A stretch of 25,244 bases of DNA, taken from positions 1 through 25,244 of the forward strand of contig DATDUS010000015.1 in the NCBI GenBank assembly GCA_035290285.1, given 5' to 3'. The first letter of the stretch is position 1, and every line of letters begins with the position of its first letter. Below the pieces are notes generated by a model. It was given only the letters and a program-made list of their open reading frames with translations. It did not search any database and was not told the DNA's origin. Made by a program: the position numbers and the translations under genes. Positions 16,931 to 25,244 of the stretch are shown in pieces. Source of the DNA: Patescibacteria group bacterium. GTDB taxonomy: Bacteria; Patescibacteriota; Patescibacteriia; UBA9570; XYC2-FULL-38-9.

Positions 16931-17311
16931 ATGAAGATCATGAATAAAATCAATGTCGTCGCTGCAACAACTTTAGGTTGGGTTGTCGCGTCAACCCCTG
17001 CAGCATTTGCACAAATCAACACAGCTTATCCTGATTTGAATAAATCTTTAGGAAGCAATGATCCGGTAGAAATTGTCACTTCAGTGATCAACATTGTTTT
17101 AAGCGTCCTTGCTATTATTGCCGTGATATTTATTCTCGTTGGTGGATTCCAATGGTTAACAGCAGCGGGTAATGATGAAAAGGTAAAAAAAGCGCAAAAA
17201 ACAATTGTTGCAGCAGTGATTGGTTTGCTTATTATTATGGCTTCCTGGGGCACAGCAACATGGGTATTAGCAAATTGGGGAAGTGCAACGGGAACTGAAA
17301 CAACGGTATAA
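16931..17311 (+). CDS. TrbC/VirB2-like pilin paralog 6, candidate major subunit
   Basis: AAFA|Q signal, core VGGFQWLTAAGNDEKVKKAQKTIVAAVIGL; has its own promoter, SD and terminator. Confidence 0.78.
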   Translation: MKIMNKINVVAATTLGWVVASTPAAFAQINTAYPDLNKSLGSNDPVEIVTSVINIVLSVLAIIAVIFILVGGFQWLTAAGNDEKVKKAQKTIVAAVIGLLIIMASWGTATWVLANWGSATGTETTV

Positions 17312-17333
17312 CAGTTTTTCCTGTACGATATTT

Positions 17334-17357
17334 AACCCCGCGTATTGCGGGGTTTTT
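17334..17357 (+). terminator. Intrinsic terminator after pilin 6
   Basis: aaccccgc-gtatt-gcggggtt followed by ttt. Confidence 0.8.
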
Positions 17358-17384
17358 GTTATGCTGAGATTTTTTCTATATACT
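17356..17384 (+). promoter_or_regulatory. Promoter of the DUF2079 gene
   Basis: TTGTTA, 17 bp spacer, TATACT, 9 nt, ATG. Confidence 0.55.
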
Positions 17385-17393
17385 ATTTACCAT

Positions 17394-19403
17394 ATGCAGA
17401 ATAAAGAAAAACGAACTATCTTGCACATTTCATTCACCGTGTGGGTGTGTGTATTTGTGTATACGTTAGTGATGATCGTCATGAGCAGTGTGCAATATAG
17501 GTATGATATGTACAATGCATTTGATTTAGGAATTTTTGATCAGGTGTTGTGGAACAGTGTGCACGGCCGTTTGTTTGAATATTCTTTCAATGATTATTCA
17601 TATCTGGTGGATCATCGTGAGTGGATATTGTTACTGCTTGCACCTTTGTATGCGGTCGTACAGCACCCTATAACATTATTGATTATTCAGTCTGTTGTAT
17701 TAGGTTCTGGTGCAATACCGTTCTATCTGCTGAGTCAAAAAGTATTCATTACCCACACAAAACATTCACGAGAAATTATTGGTATTATTGCAGCCATAGT
17801 ATATGTATTCAACCCTTCTGTTCAAGCCATGAATTTTTTTGAATTTCACGTTTTACCCTTTGCTATTCCACTCGCGCTTTGGTTATGGTGGTATATTGAA
17901 CAGAATTCATTTTGGGGAGCGCTGTGTAGTTTTGTACTCCTATTGTTGGTGCGTGAAGAATGTGCGCTCATGATAGTGGGTTTGGGAATTTTAATGCTTA
18001 TAGAGCGTAAAACTCTTATATGGAAATCAATTCGCATTACCGGCGCACATTTTATTGTGATCAGCGTGCTTTGGTTTTTATTGATGTCGGTTATTGGGGC
18101 GCAATTTGCTCCAGAGGGTGAGGTAAAATTTTTTTATTTTTATACGTGGCTGGGGGATACGCCGTGGCAAGCAATACAATTTATGTTGCTTCACCCACTT
18201 CAAACAATAGGAATAATGTTTGGCAAAGACCATCTTTCTTTACTATTTCTATTCTTTGCATGTGTTTTTTTCTTTCCACTTTTTCGTTTGCGTTATATTC
18301 TTCCAGCTATATTGCCGCTTATTTTATATTTGTTAATTGATAAGTTATTGGTCATTTCTATATTAAAGGCGCATTATTCTGCAACTATTATTCCTTGGTT
18401 TTTTATTGCAGCTCTGTATGGATACGCTGCTTTTGAACAAAAAATACAATCTATTCAAAAAAAAGAATGGGCAAAACAGTACGATCTTCGGCTGTATTTT
18501 ATTGTTACGTGTATTGTATGGTATGGAAGTATGTTTGTGATATTCGGTCCATGGTGGAATATGATACACTCTTTTTCGCTTGCTGCGCAACGCGATCGTA
18601 TAGTTATTCATCGTATTATTCGTGAAGTTCAACCAAATGATGGCATAATGACAACTGATGGATTGTATCCCAGGCTTTCTCGCCGTCGTGCCTTATATCC
18701 AGCAATGCATTTATTTAAAGGAAAAAAACATTTTTCCGAACAGCTATATACATTGCCCACGCAATCAATAGATTGGATATTCCTTGAATATTCAGAATTA
18801 CTACGCTATGGGACAATATTTTCAATTGAAGAACGGCAAGATGCATGGAAACGGTTGCAACAGATTGTTCAACAAAATCAACTTGCTGTGATTGAATCAA
18901 CAGAGGATCTTGTGGTGTTTGGAAAACCAACCCCCAAACGGCCATCCTTGCTGCCCATTGTAACTTCAGATCGTACTCCGTTGCAACACGAAGTGCACGA
19001 GTTAATCAATAATGATATTTGGTTTGAAGGTTGGAATTATGCATCGGTCAATGCAACACAGGGAGAGTTAACTTTGGCATTTACCAAAGAAAAAGAATCA
19101 AAAGAATTAGATGATGCATACATCAGGCTACAGTGGAATGATACACAACAGAAAGTGATAAAAGAAAAAATATTTGCACTTGGGTTCGGTATTTATCCAT
19201 CACACGCATGGCAATATAGTGCATCAAAATATATCATGGTAACTGTTCCAGTTGTGTCCCCTCAAGAAGGAGTAGCTCTTTCCATCAGCATTGGTCCTGT
19301 AAAACAGGAAGTACATTCCGGATTTTGGTTTGTTACTGCAGAGTCAAATATTGATACAGAGCGTGCTGTCACCTTGCTTCTTTCTGGCATGACACCTTAT
19401 TAG
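17394..19403 (+). CDS. DUF2079-family polytopic membrane protein (predicted GT-C glycosyltransferase) with a soluble C-terminal domain
   Basis: FDLGIFDQVLWN, DH..ILLLLAPLY, FEFHVLPF, LLVREE and HYSATIIP motifs; many TM helices. Start moved to 17394, past the pilin terminator. Confidence 0.8.
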   Translation: MQNKEKRTILHISFTVWVCVFVYTLVMIVMSSVQYRYDMYNAFDLGIFDQVLWNSVHGRLFEYSFNDYSYLVDHREWILLLLAPLYAVVQHPITLLIIQSVVLGSGAIPFYLLSQKVFITHTKHSREIIGIIAAIVYVFNPSVQAMNFFEFHVLPFAIPLALWLWWYIEQNSFWGALCSFVLLLLVREECALMIVGLGILMLIERKTLIWKSIRITGAHFIVISVLWFLLMSVIGAQFAPEGEVKFFYFYTWLGDTPWQAIQFMLLHPLQTIGIMFGKDHLSLLFLFFACVFFFPLFRLRYILPAILPLILYLLIDKLLVISILKAHYSATIIPWFFIAALYGYAAFEQKIQSIQKKEWAKQYDLRLYFIVTCIVWYGSMFVIFGPWWNMIHSFSLAAQRDRIVIHRIIREVQPNDGIMTTDGLYPRLSRRRALYPAMHLFKGKKHFSEQLYTLPTQSIDWIFLEYSELLRYGTIFSIEERQDAWKRLQQIVQQNQLAVIESTEDLVVFGKPTPKRPSLLPIVTSDRTPLQHEVHELINNDIWFEGWNYASVNATQGELTLAFTKEKESKELDDAYIRLQWNDTQQKVIKEKIFALGFGIYPSHAWQYSASKYIMVTVPVVSPQEGVALSISIGPVKQEVHSGFWFVTAESNIDTERAVTLLLSGMTPY

Positions 19404-19406
19404 ACT

Positions 19407-20903
19407 TTATTCATTTCTTTCGCATACTTGTTCTTGTTCTACTTGTAGAATGGATATCACACGATCGTTTGGCATCATAGGTACTGTAGCTACCTCTTCT
19501 TCATGCAGAAATACCACATTCGGATTTCCATGTGTCAAAAATAAGAGTGATTGTGCAGCAAGAGAAAAACCATCAAGCTGCAACCCAGGAACATCAACAA
19601 TAATATAGGCAGTGGTTCCTTGCGGAAGAGTACGTAATTGTTCTGCAATACGAGTATGATAAGCAATGTATTGACATGCCGTTCCTTTCGTATTCGCCCA
19701 AAAAATAAAATATCGATAGTATTCTATCCCACCTATTACAATAAGAAATAATAGGCTCCCTGTAATGAATATTGCTTTCCATTTTTTTTTGAGCTTTTTT
19801 TGTATATACATATACGAATACCATGCACCTATACCAATAAATATATAGACCACCGGCATGGCTCCAATAGAACGGAGAGCACTTGGGATGTGTTCATTAG
19901 TAATCATGCTTGGTAACAACATAATACATAGCCATGTATATAAAAAGAATCGAATAAAACGTTTTTGAGGCAACTGATGCTTGTTGAACGCAATGATAGC
20001 GAGGCCAACAAGGAACAATATTCCTACAGGCAACAAGAGTAATGGAGCATGCGCAATATTATGTATCCATAACGGATCACCTTGTATATTAAACATCCCG
20101 AATGTTTTTATGATATTGATTAAAAATGATTGTACGGGATGATCAGAAAAAATAATCGAAATTGACATTGCACGATTAATACTATCCAAGGGATGATATA
20201 AAAAATACAATGCTAAAGGAAACACCATAATTCCTGCCGCAACAAATAAAGCAAACCATCGTTGGAGCGTTTTTGCTCTCTCTTTTTTAGGGGATAAAAA
20301 TATTTCTACACTACTATATAGAATCATCAGCACAATAACCATGCGAAATGCAAGGTAAGTATATAGACCCAGTCCTAATAAAATGCCACATGCTACATAT
20401 AAACCAATAGATTTTTTTTCTTTTGCATACAGATATAATATTCCCAGCCATACAATAAAAAGTGGCGTCAAGGTTGCGCGAAATCCAATACGGCTCATCA
20501 CTATTGGCCAAAATGAAACTGCTATAAAAAAGGTAGACAGAAGTGCTATAGGTATTACGTGTGTAAGTTTTCGAGCTAAAACAAATACCCCCAATACAGT
20601 GAGAATACCAGCACAAGCACTCACAATACGTAATTGCCAAATACCAGAATCAAATAACTGAAATACTGCACTGACAATGATGATGAACAACCCTTCTCTT
20701 CCTGTATTATCTGGGTAAAATGCGGCGTATTGACCTGTTTCAGCTGTCTCTAATGCATCGTTTGCGTATGCAGCTTCATCCAAACCAAATCCAGGCGGAA
20801 TAGATTGTAATTGCCATGTTCTCAAAAAAATAGCAACAATAATAATACTACCAAGTAATATAATCGTAGAATATTTTTTGCCAAATTGAAAAATAGATAC
20901 CAT
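19407..20903 (-). CDS. GT-C glycosyltransferase (ArnT/PMT-like, family 39/83 type)
   Basis: PPGFGLDEAAYA (DE motif after TM1), WQLRIVSA, SRIGFR and YTYLAFR motifs; about 11 TM helices plus an outer tail. Confidence 0.82.
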   Translation of the reverse strand: MVSIFQFGKKYSTIILLGSIIIVAIFLRTWQLQSIPPGFGLDEAAYANDALETAETGQYAAFYPDNTGREGLFIIIVSAVFQLFDSGIWQLRIVSACAGILTVLGVFVLARKLTHVIPIALLSTFFIAVSFWPIVMSRIGFRATLTPLFIVWLGILYLYAKEKKSIGLYVACGILLGLGLYTYLAFRMVIVLMILYSSVEIFLSPKKERAKTLQRWFALFVAAGIMVFPLALYFLYHPLDSINRAMSISIIFSDHPVQSFLINIIKTFGMFNIQGDPLWIHNIAHAPLLLLPVGILFLVGLAIIAFNKHQLPQKRFIRFFLYTWLCIMLLPSMITNEHIPSALRSIGAMPVVYIFIGIGAWYSYMYIQKKLKKKWKAIFITGSLLFLIVIGGIEYYRYFIFWANTKGTACQYIAYHTRIAEQLRTLPQGTTAYIIVDVPGLQLDGFSLAAQSLLFLTHGNPNVVFLHEEEVATVPMMPNDRVISILQVEQEQVCERNE

Positions 20904-20910
20904 GGCACAT

Positions 20911-20919
20911 ATTATATCA
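20911..20919 (-). promoter_or_regulatory. Extended -10 promoter (leaderless-type)
   Basis: TGA-TATAAT, 7 nt before ATG 20903. Confidence 0.55.
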
Positions 20920-20969
20920 ATATTAAATGATATGCAGAAGCAATACGAAAAAAAATCAACGATTTTTTA

Positions 20970-22571
20970 TTATTTATTAATGACGGTTCGTGGCACTCGA
21001 AAAATGGTTGCTTCGGAATCTTCGTAAGCAATTATAAAGCGTCCATCGTTTATTAAATTTTGGTACATGGATGTATGGTCGCGATCTACAAATACAAACC
21101 GAGCATGAAAATCATTTTGAATCATCTCAAACAATTGTTCTGTTTGTTCTCCTGTTGTAATGTGTACCCACTTCCAATATAATTCTTTGTCGTATGTATA
21201 CATAAATGTTGGGTCTAAACCAACAATATATCGATTTCGCGCTGAGCGGTAAAACAGAATCGGAAATTCATCCCAATCATTATGCAAGACAATGTCACCT
21301 TTGGTGCTGTGTTCTCGAAGCCACATGCCTGCTGCAGAGAAACGTTCAAATGGAATCCCGCCCTGCAGCGCCTGCGATAATCGTTTTGCATCTTTGATCA
21401 TGATAGTAGGAACCAAAAAACCAATGCAAGCTATACTAAAAACAATAGTGACGTGATAAAGGGGGTGTTGTACAGACCGAGAAATAGCCATGATTTTTTT
21501 TGGTAATGCATACAGTATGCCGCTTCCGTGTAAGCTAAGAGCAGAGAAAAGAAACCCCCACGGAACGTAATATTCTATATATCGTTGAGACTTGACTGTA
21601 AAAAGAAAAAAAATAATCGTCATCATACACGCAACTTGAGTATATATTGGTTGTTTTTTGATGGTCAGAATAAAGAGTGGAATGCTGATGAGAAGAAGTG
21701 TTGTGAGTAAAATGGAGGAAGTGACAAGATCACTGAGTGCTGTTGGGTACCATTCGCCGCCCACACCAATTGTTTCTTGATAATTTACCAGCCCTATTTG
21801 TATAATTTGTTGCCAATAAAAAAGAAAATGTTGAGGAAATGAGGGGTGAATAAGAAGACCAAACAATGTGCCAACAAAAGCAGCAAGAAATGGAGCAAGA
21901 CAAGTAACAACTTGTTGTTTAGTCACTGTTATTTTTTTTTGTTTTGTGATTATTTCGAGAAAAGCAAAGAGTGAATACATACCCATCATTATTGGTAATA
22001 GAATAAATCCGCCATATGCCCATACAAAAAAGAAGCTCAACAGAAGCAGGAGTCGATACTGTGTATGAATAGCAAAAAAGAATCCACCCACCAGGAATAA
22101 AAAACCAACACTCGGAGCTTTAGAAAGTCCCATACGAAATGAAAAACCGTATGTACATAACAGTAAAAGGCTGAATAGGAATGCATAGCGCACGTGCACG
22201 GAACGCAGAAGAATATAAAAAAGTGTTACTGTGCTTGCTGCAAGAATAATCGTTGCCATTTTCATGCCAAAAAACGAACCAAAGAGCACAATGAATGGAA
22301 TAAGAAATATGTGATAGAGGAGATGATGGTCAACGTAGGCGTGAGAAAGTGTTGTGTAGGTCAGCCAGGGAAAGTTTGTAATCGGGCCACGTCGTTTTCC
22401 CATCAATTCTGCCAATTTTAAATGATAAAAAGAATCTGGATCAACAAATGTTGGTGCGGCAGTCCAAAAAGTAAATGCGCAAGCTGCAATAATAAAAATA
22501 CAAACTACTCCAATCCATTCATTGTGTAACCAGAATTTTTTTAATCGGAGTGCAGTTGAAAAGTGATACAT
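20970..22571 (-). CDS. GT-C membrane protein with STT3/AglB-like architecture
   Basis: DPDSFYH after TM1, many TM helices, and a soluble C-terminal domain with VLHNDWDEFP where STT3 has WWDxG. Start is 22571 or 22643. Confidence 0.65.
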   Translation of the reverse strand: MYHFSTALRLKKFWLHNEWIGVVCIFIIAACAFTFWTAAPTFVDPDSFYHLKLAELMGKRRGPITNFPWLTYTTLSHAYVDHHLLYHIFLIPFIVLFGSFFGMKMATIILAASTVTLFYILLRSVHVRYAFLFSLLLLCTYGFSFRMGLSKAPSVGFLFLVGGFFFAIHTQYRLLLLLSFFFVWAYGGFILLPIMMGMYSLFAFLEIITKQKKITVTKQQVVTCLAPFLAAFVGTLFGLLIHPSFPQHFLFYWQQIIQIGLVNYQETIGVGGEWYPTALSDLVTSSILLTTLLLISIPLFILTIKKQPIYTQVACMMTIIFFLFTVKSQRYIEYYVPWGFLFSALSLHGSGILYALPKKIMAISRSVQHPLYHVTIVFSIACIGFLVPTIMIKDAKRLSQALQGGIPFERFSAAGMWLREHSTKGDIVLHNDWDEFPILFYRSARNRYIVGLDPTFMYTYDKELYWKWVHITTGEQTEQLFEMIQNDFHARFVFVDRDHTSMYQNLINDGRFIIAYEDSEATIFRVPRTVINK

Positions 22572-22600
22572 AACGAAACAGCATGATGAGAAAGAAGCTT

Positions 22601-22631
22601 CTCCCGCTATCAAGCATGGAACGAGCGGGAG
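22601..22631. repeat. GC-rich hairpin, element F, in the likely 5' UTR
   Basis: ctcccgct-atcaagcatggaacg-agcgggag; inner stem resembles element C. Confidence 0.4.
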
Positions 22632-22658
22632 CAACTCCATCAATGGAACGCTACGCAG

Positions 22659-22687
22659 AATTTATCATGCCATGTATCTTGCGTCAA
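22659..22687 (-). promoter_or_regulatory. Promoter of the STT3-like gene
   Basis: TTGACG, 17 bp spacer, TAAATT with extended -10 TG. Confidence 0.6.
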
Positions 22688-22703
22688 GACTCATAGCAAA
22701 GCG

Positions 22704-22732
22704 TTGACAGAGCGTAAAAAAAACGATAGAGT
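22704..22732 (+). promoter_or_regulatory. Promoter of yebC-ruvC
   Basis: TTGACA, 17 bp spacer, TAGAGT. Confidence 0.65.
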
Positions 22733-22761
22733 GATGCTGCTTTCATTATTTATTATTTTTT

Positions 22762-23487
22762 ATGTCCGGGCATTCAAAATGGGCACAAATAAAACGAAAA
22801 AAAGCAGTCACTGATTCAAAACGTGGCGCATTATTTACCAAGATGGGAAAAAATATTGCCATTGCAGCAAAACAGGGCAAAGATCCAGATATGAACCCTG
22901 CGCTTCGAGCTGCTATTGAATATGCGAGAGCATATAATTTACCGAAGGATAATATTGAAAAAGCGATTCTGAAAGGTGCCGGAGAACTTCCTGGTGTTGT
23001 ATATGAAGAAATGCGTTATGAAGGATACGGCCCTGGTGGTATTGCGCTGATTATGGAGTGTGTAACGGATAATACAAACCGTACAGTATCTACCTTGCGT
23101 CGTTTATTGTCTGATTCTGGTGGGTCGCTCGGAAATAGTGGGAGTGTATTATATATGTTTCAACAAAAGGGTGTTATTCGTATTGCAAAAGAAGATTTAG
23201 GGCAACAACAAATAGATACTATTGAACTTGCTGCTATAGATGCAGGTGCTGAAGATATTAAAAATGAAGAAGAGGGTATCACCATTACTTGCGCTCGTGA
23301 ACAATTGTCATTTGTTGTAAATAAAGTTCAGGAAAGTGGAGTATCTATTGCATCGTCAGGCATGGAATGGGTGACCTCTAATAAAATTGAGCCATCCCCA
23401 GAGGATAAAGAACGATTAGAAAAATTGATTGAATCTTTGGAAGAAGATGAAGATGTTAATTACGTGTATACGAATGCTATACTTTAA
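22762..23487 (+). CDS. yebC: YebC/PmpR-family protein
   Basis: MSGHSKWAQIKRKK, YEGYGPGG, TDNTNRT and EDEDVNYVYTN motifs. Confidence 0.96.
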   Translation: MSGHSKWAQIKRKKAVTDSKRGALFTKMGKNIAIAAKQGKDPDMNPALRAAIEYARAYNLPKDNIEKAILKGAGELPGVVYEEMRYEGYGPGGIALIMECVTDNTNRTVSTLRRLLSDSGGSLGNSGSVLYMFQQKGVIRIAKEDLGQQQIDTIELAAIDAGAEDIKNEEEGITITCAREQLSFVVNKVQESGVSIASSGMEWVTSNKIEPSPEDKERLEKLIESLEEDEDVNYVYTNAIL

Positions 23488-23502
23488 CTATATGCATGGG
23501 TT

Positions 23503-23991
23503 ATGAAATTTCTTGGTATTGATCCAGGCATTGAACGCACTGGATTTGGTATTATTGATATACACGGGTCGCAACAGTCGCTCGTAGAATATGGTGTCAT
23601 TCGTACTTCTCAGCAGTGGAGTATTCCACAACGTTTGCAAGCGTTGCATACCGATTTACATGCCTTGTTACAGCGACATGAGCATACTATTGCATGCGTC
23701 GGGGTGGAAGAATTATTTTTTTCGAAGAATGCAAAAACAGCCATCATAGTGGGTGAAGCGCGTGGTGTTATTCTCTTTACATTACAATCATTTGGGCTCA
23801 CAATAGAAGAGGTGAAACCCGTACAAGTGAAACAGGCAGTAACGGGTTCGGGTCGTGGTGATAAACGCGAAGTGCAAAAAATGATTCAACTACTGTTTCA
23901 CCTTGATTCCGTACCAACCCCTGATGACGCTGCTGATGCTATTGCGATTGCTTGGACCATCGCTGCTCGTGCAGTGCATTGTTATAAATAA
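23503..23991 (+). CDS. ruvC: Holliday junction resolvase RuvC
   Basis: LGIDPG..TGFG, VEELFF, GEARGV, VKQAVTGSGRGDK and PDDAADAIAIA motifs; follows yebC. Confidence 0.96.
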   Translation: MKFLGIDPGIERTGFGIIDIHGSQQSLVEYGVIRTSQQWSIPQRLQALHTDLHALLQRHEHTIACVGVEELFFSKNAKTAIIVGEARGVILFTLQSFGLTIEEVKPVQVKQAVTGSGRGDKREVQKMIQLLFHLDSVPTPDDAADAIAIAWTIAARAVHCYK

Positions 23992-24009
23992 CATTTGAAA
24001 ATACGTTAT

Positions 24010-25244
24010 ATGCGATTTGTTTTTTCTACTTACATCAGCCGTTCTTTTATTGCTAGTACCATACTCAGTATGGTGTTTTTTGCCTGTCTATCAAGAATGG
24101 CATTGGCACAAAATACAGAATCAATACCATCTGAGACGCCGGCATCAGAAACAGTATCACCTGCTGCTCCAACAGATATTCCTGAAGTAAAACAGTTACC
24201 ATTAAAAGCTCGGGCTGGTAAAAATCGTAATGTGGTGGTCGGACGCACGGTATTATTTGATGCCTCTGCATCTACTGCTCCAGAAAATATAACCCTTCAG
24301 TATCAGTGGGACTTTGGTGATGGATCGTCTGCCGAAGGTATTGATACAACTCACATCTATACAAATAGCGGTAATTATAAAGTCACGTTAACAGTGAAAG
24401 CAATACAGGAAGAAAGTGGTGCAAAAAGTGAGGATACCATTATGGTTTCTGTACAAGATCAACTGGTATTATTGATTGCTGATCAAAGTGTTTCTGAAAA
24501 ACAAATACAAGATATTCAAACACTGGGGCTTACACAAGGAACGTTAGTGATTCCTATTCAAGACATTGGTGTTGATCAAGAATATCTCAGTGTACAGAAT
24601 TTAGCGCAACAAATGCTTGAAAAAATGGAAGATGTGAGTGCATCTGATGTAATTATTACCATGACATCGGCAAACGTGGGTTTGAATTCGCTTATTGAGT
24701 TGGCTCGTATTTCTACATTGAGCAACACTTCATTTGAACGATTTCATTTAAATAATAAAGCGATTGTTGCTATTAATAATCAGTCGCTTATTTCCAGCGT
24801 AAAAATTGCGCAAACGGCATTTCAAACTTTACAGCCCAAATACATTATTGTTTCTGATAGTAAAATTTTAGATGATGTTGTACGAACGGCAACACCCGAG
24901 GAATTAGAAAAAGCATTACCGCAGACTGACGCAAAATATCAAATGATTACTGAATATTCATTCCGTGGTTTGCAAGATTTGGGGATTTTCAATTTTATGT
25001 CATATGCCATGAATTATATGATTAACCGTGGTGTTCCAACGAATTCACTTTTTCTTTTGCTTATGCTTCCGGTGATGGCTACGATTATTGCTGCCGCACG
25101 ACAGATTGTAGGCATTCGTGCGTTTGGTATTTTTGCACCCACCGTTATTGCACTTTCATTTCTTGCAACAGGATTGAAATATGGTGTGGTGGTATTTTTT
25201 ATCATCATTATTCTTGGCACCTTTGCGCGTATACTCATGAAGAA
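24010..25244 (+). CDS. Secreted PKD-domain protein with C-terminal 7TM (7TM_transglut-like) domain; 3'-truncated by the window
   Basis: Open frame from ATG 24010 to the end, absent from the ORF track because it has no stop. Signal ...MALA|Q, PKD motifs FDASAS / YQWDFGDG / HIYTNSGNYKVTLTV, then LLMLPVMATIIAAARQIVGIRAFGIFAPTVIALSF. Confidence 0.82.
   Translation, partial: MRFVFSTYISRSFIASTILSMVFFACLSRMALAQNTESIPSETPASETVSPAAPTDIPEVKQLPLKARAGKNRNVVVGRTVLFDASASTAPENITLQYQWDFGDGSSAEGIDTTHIYTNSGNYKVTLTVKAIQEESGAKSEDTIMVSVQDQLVLLIADQSVSEKQIQDIQTLGLTQGTLVIPIQDIGVDQEYLSVQNLAQQMLEKMEDVSASDVIITMTSANVGLNSLIELARISTLSNTSFERFHLNNKAIVAINNQSLISSVKIAQTAFQTLQPKYIIVSDSKILDDVVRTATPEELEKALPQTDAKYQMITEYSFRGLQDLGIFNFMSYAMNYMINRGVPTNSLFLLLMLPVMATIIAAARQIVGIRAFGIFAPTVIALSFLATGLKYGVVVFFIIIILGTFARILMK

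Noticed and set aside
16911-16934. 7-codon upstream ORF (MKGGEMQ) overlapping the pilin 6 start
   Set aside because: It is largely a by-product of the SD sequence, with no independent evidence.
14265-17311. Type IV pilins or a conjugative T4SS element
   Set aside because: No G|F-x4-E prepilin-peptidase sites, and no VirB4, VirB11, VirD4 or relaxase in the window.

Overview
A 25.2 kb, AT-rich bacterial chromosomal window using the standard code (TGA = stop). Gene content and style suggest Patescibacteria/CPR: mostly SD-less starts, a CarS homolog, an array of TrbC/VirB2-like pilins, and several GT-C membrane enzymes. This taxonomic call is inference. Core genes: gyrB, carS-like, secE-nusG-rplK-rplA, a five-gene dTMP cluster, gatB, tRNA-Arg(CCG), galU, yebC, ruvC. 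Three things stand out. (1) A thymidylate synthase sandwiched between an MtrA-like domain lacking the corrinoid-ligand His and a DUF4346-like domain, in a dTMP cluster with no folA. (2) A putative surface-filament and glycosylation locus at 11984-22571. It holds galU, an orphan solute-binding lipoprotein, six pilin-like paralogs and three GT-C enzymes, one of them STT3/AglB-like. One pilin has a strong promoter, SD and terminator plus a D-x-N-x-S sequon, and two paralogs share an identical 42-bp core. (3) A dispersed family of long GC-rich intergenic hairpins with shared termini, two of which share a conserved loop. At least five genes look leaderless or nearly so. No transposase, integrase, CRISPR array or rRNA is seen. 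All family assignments come from motif recognition by eye; no database searches were run.
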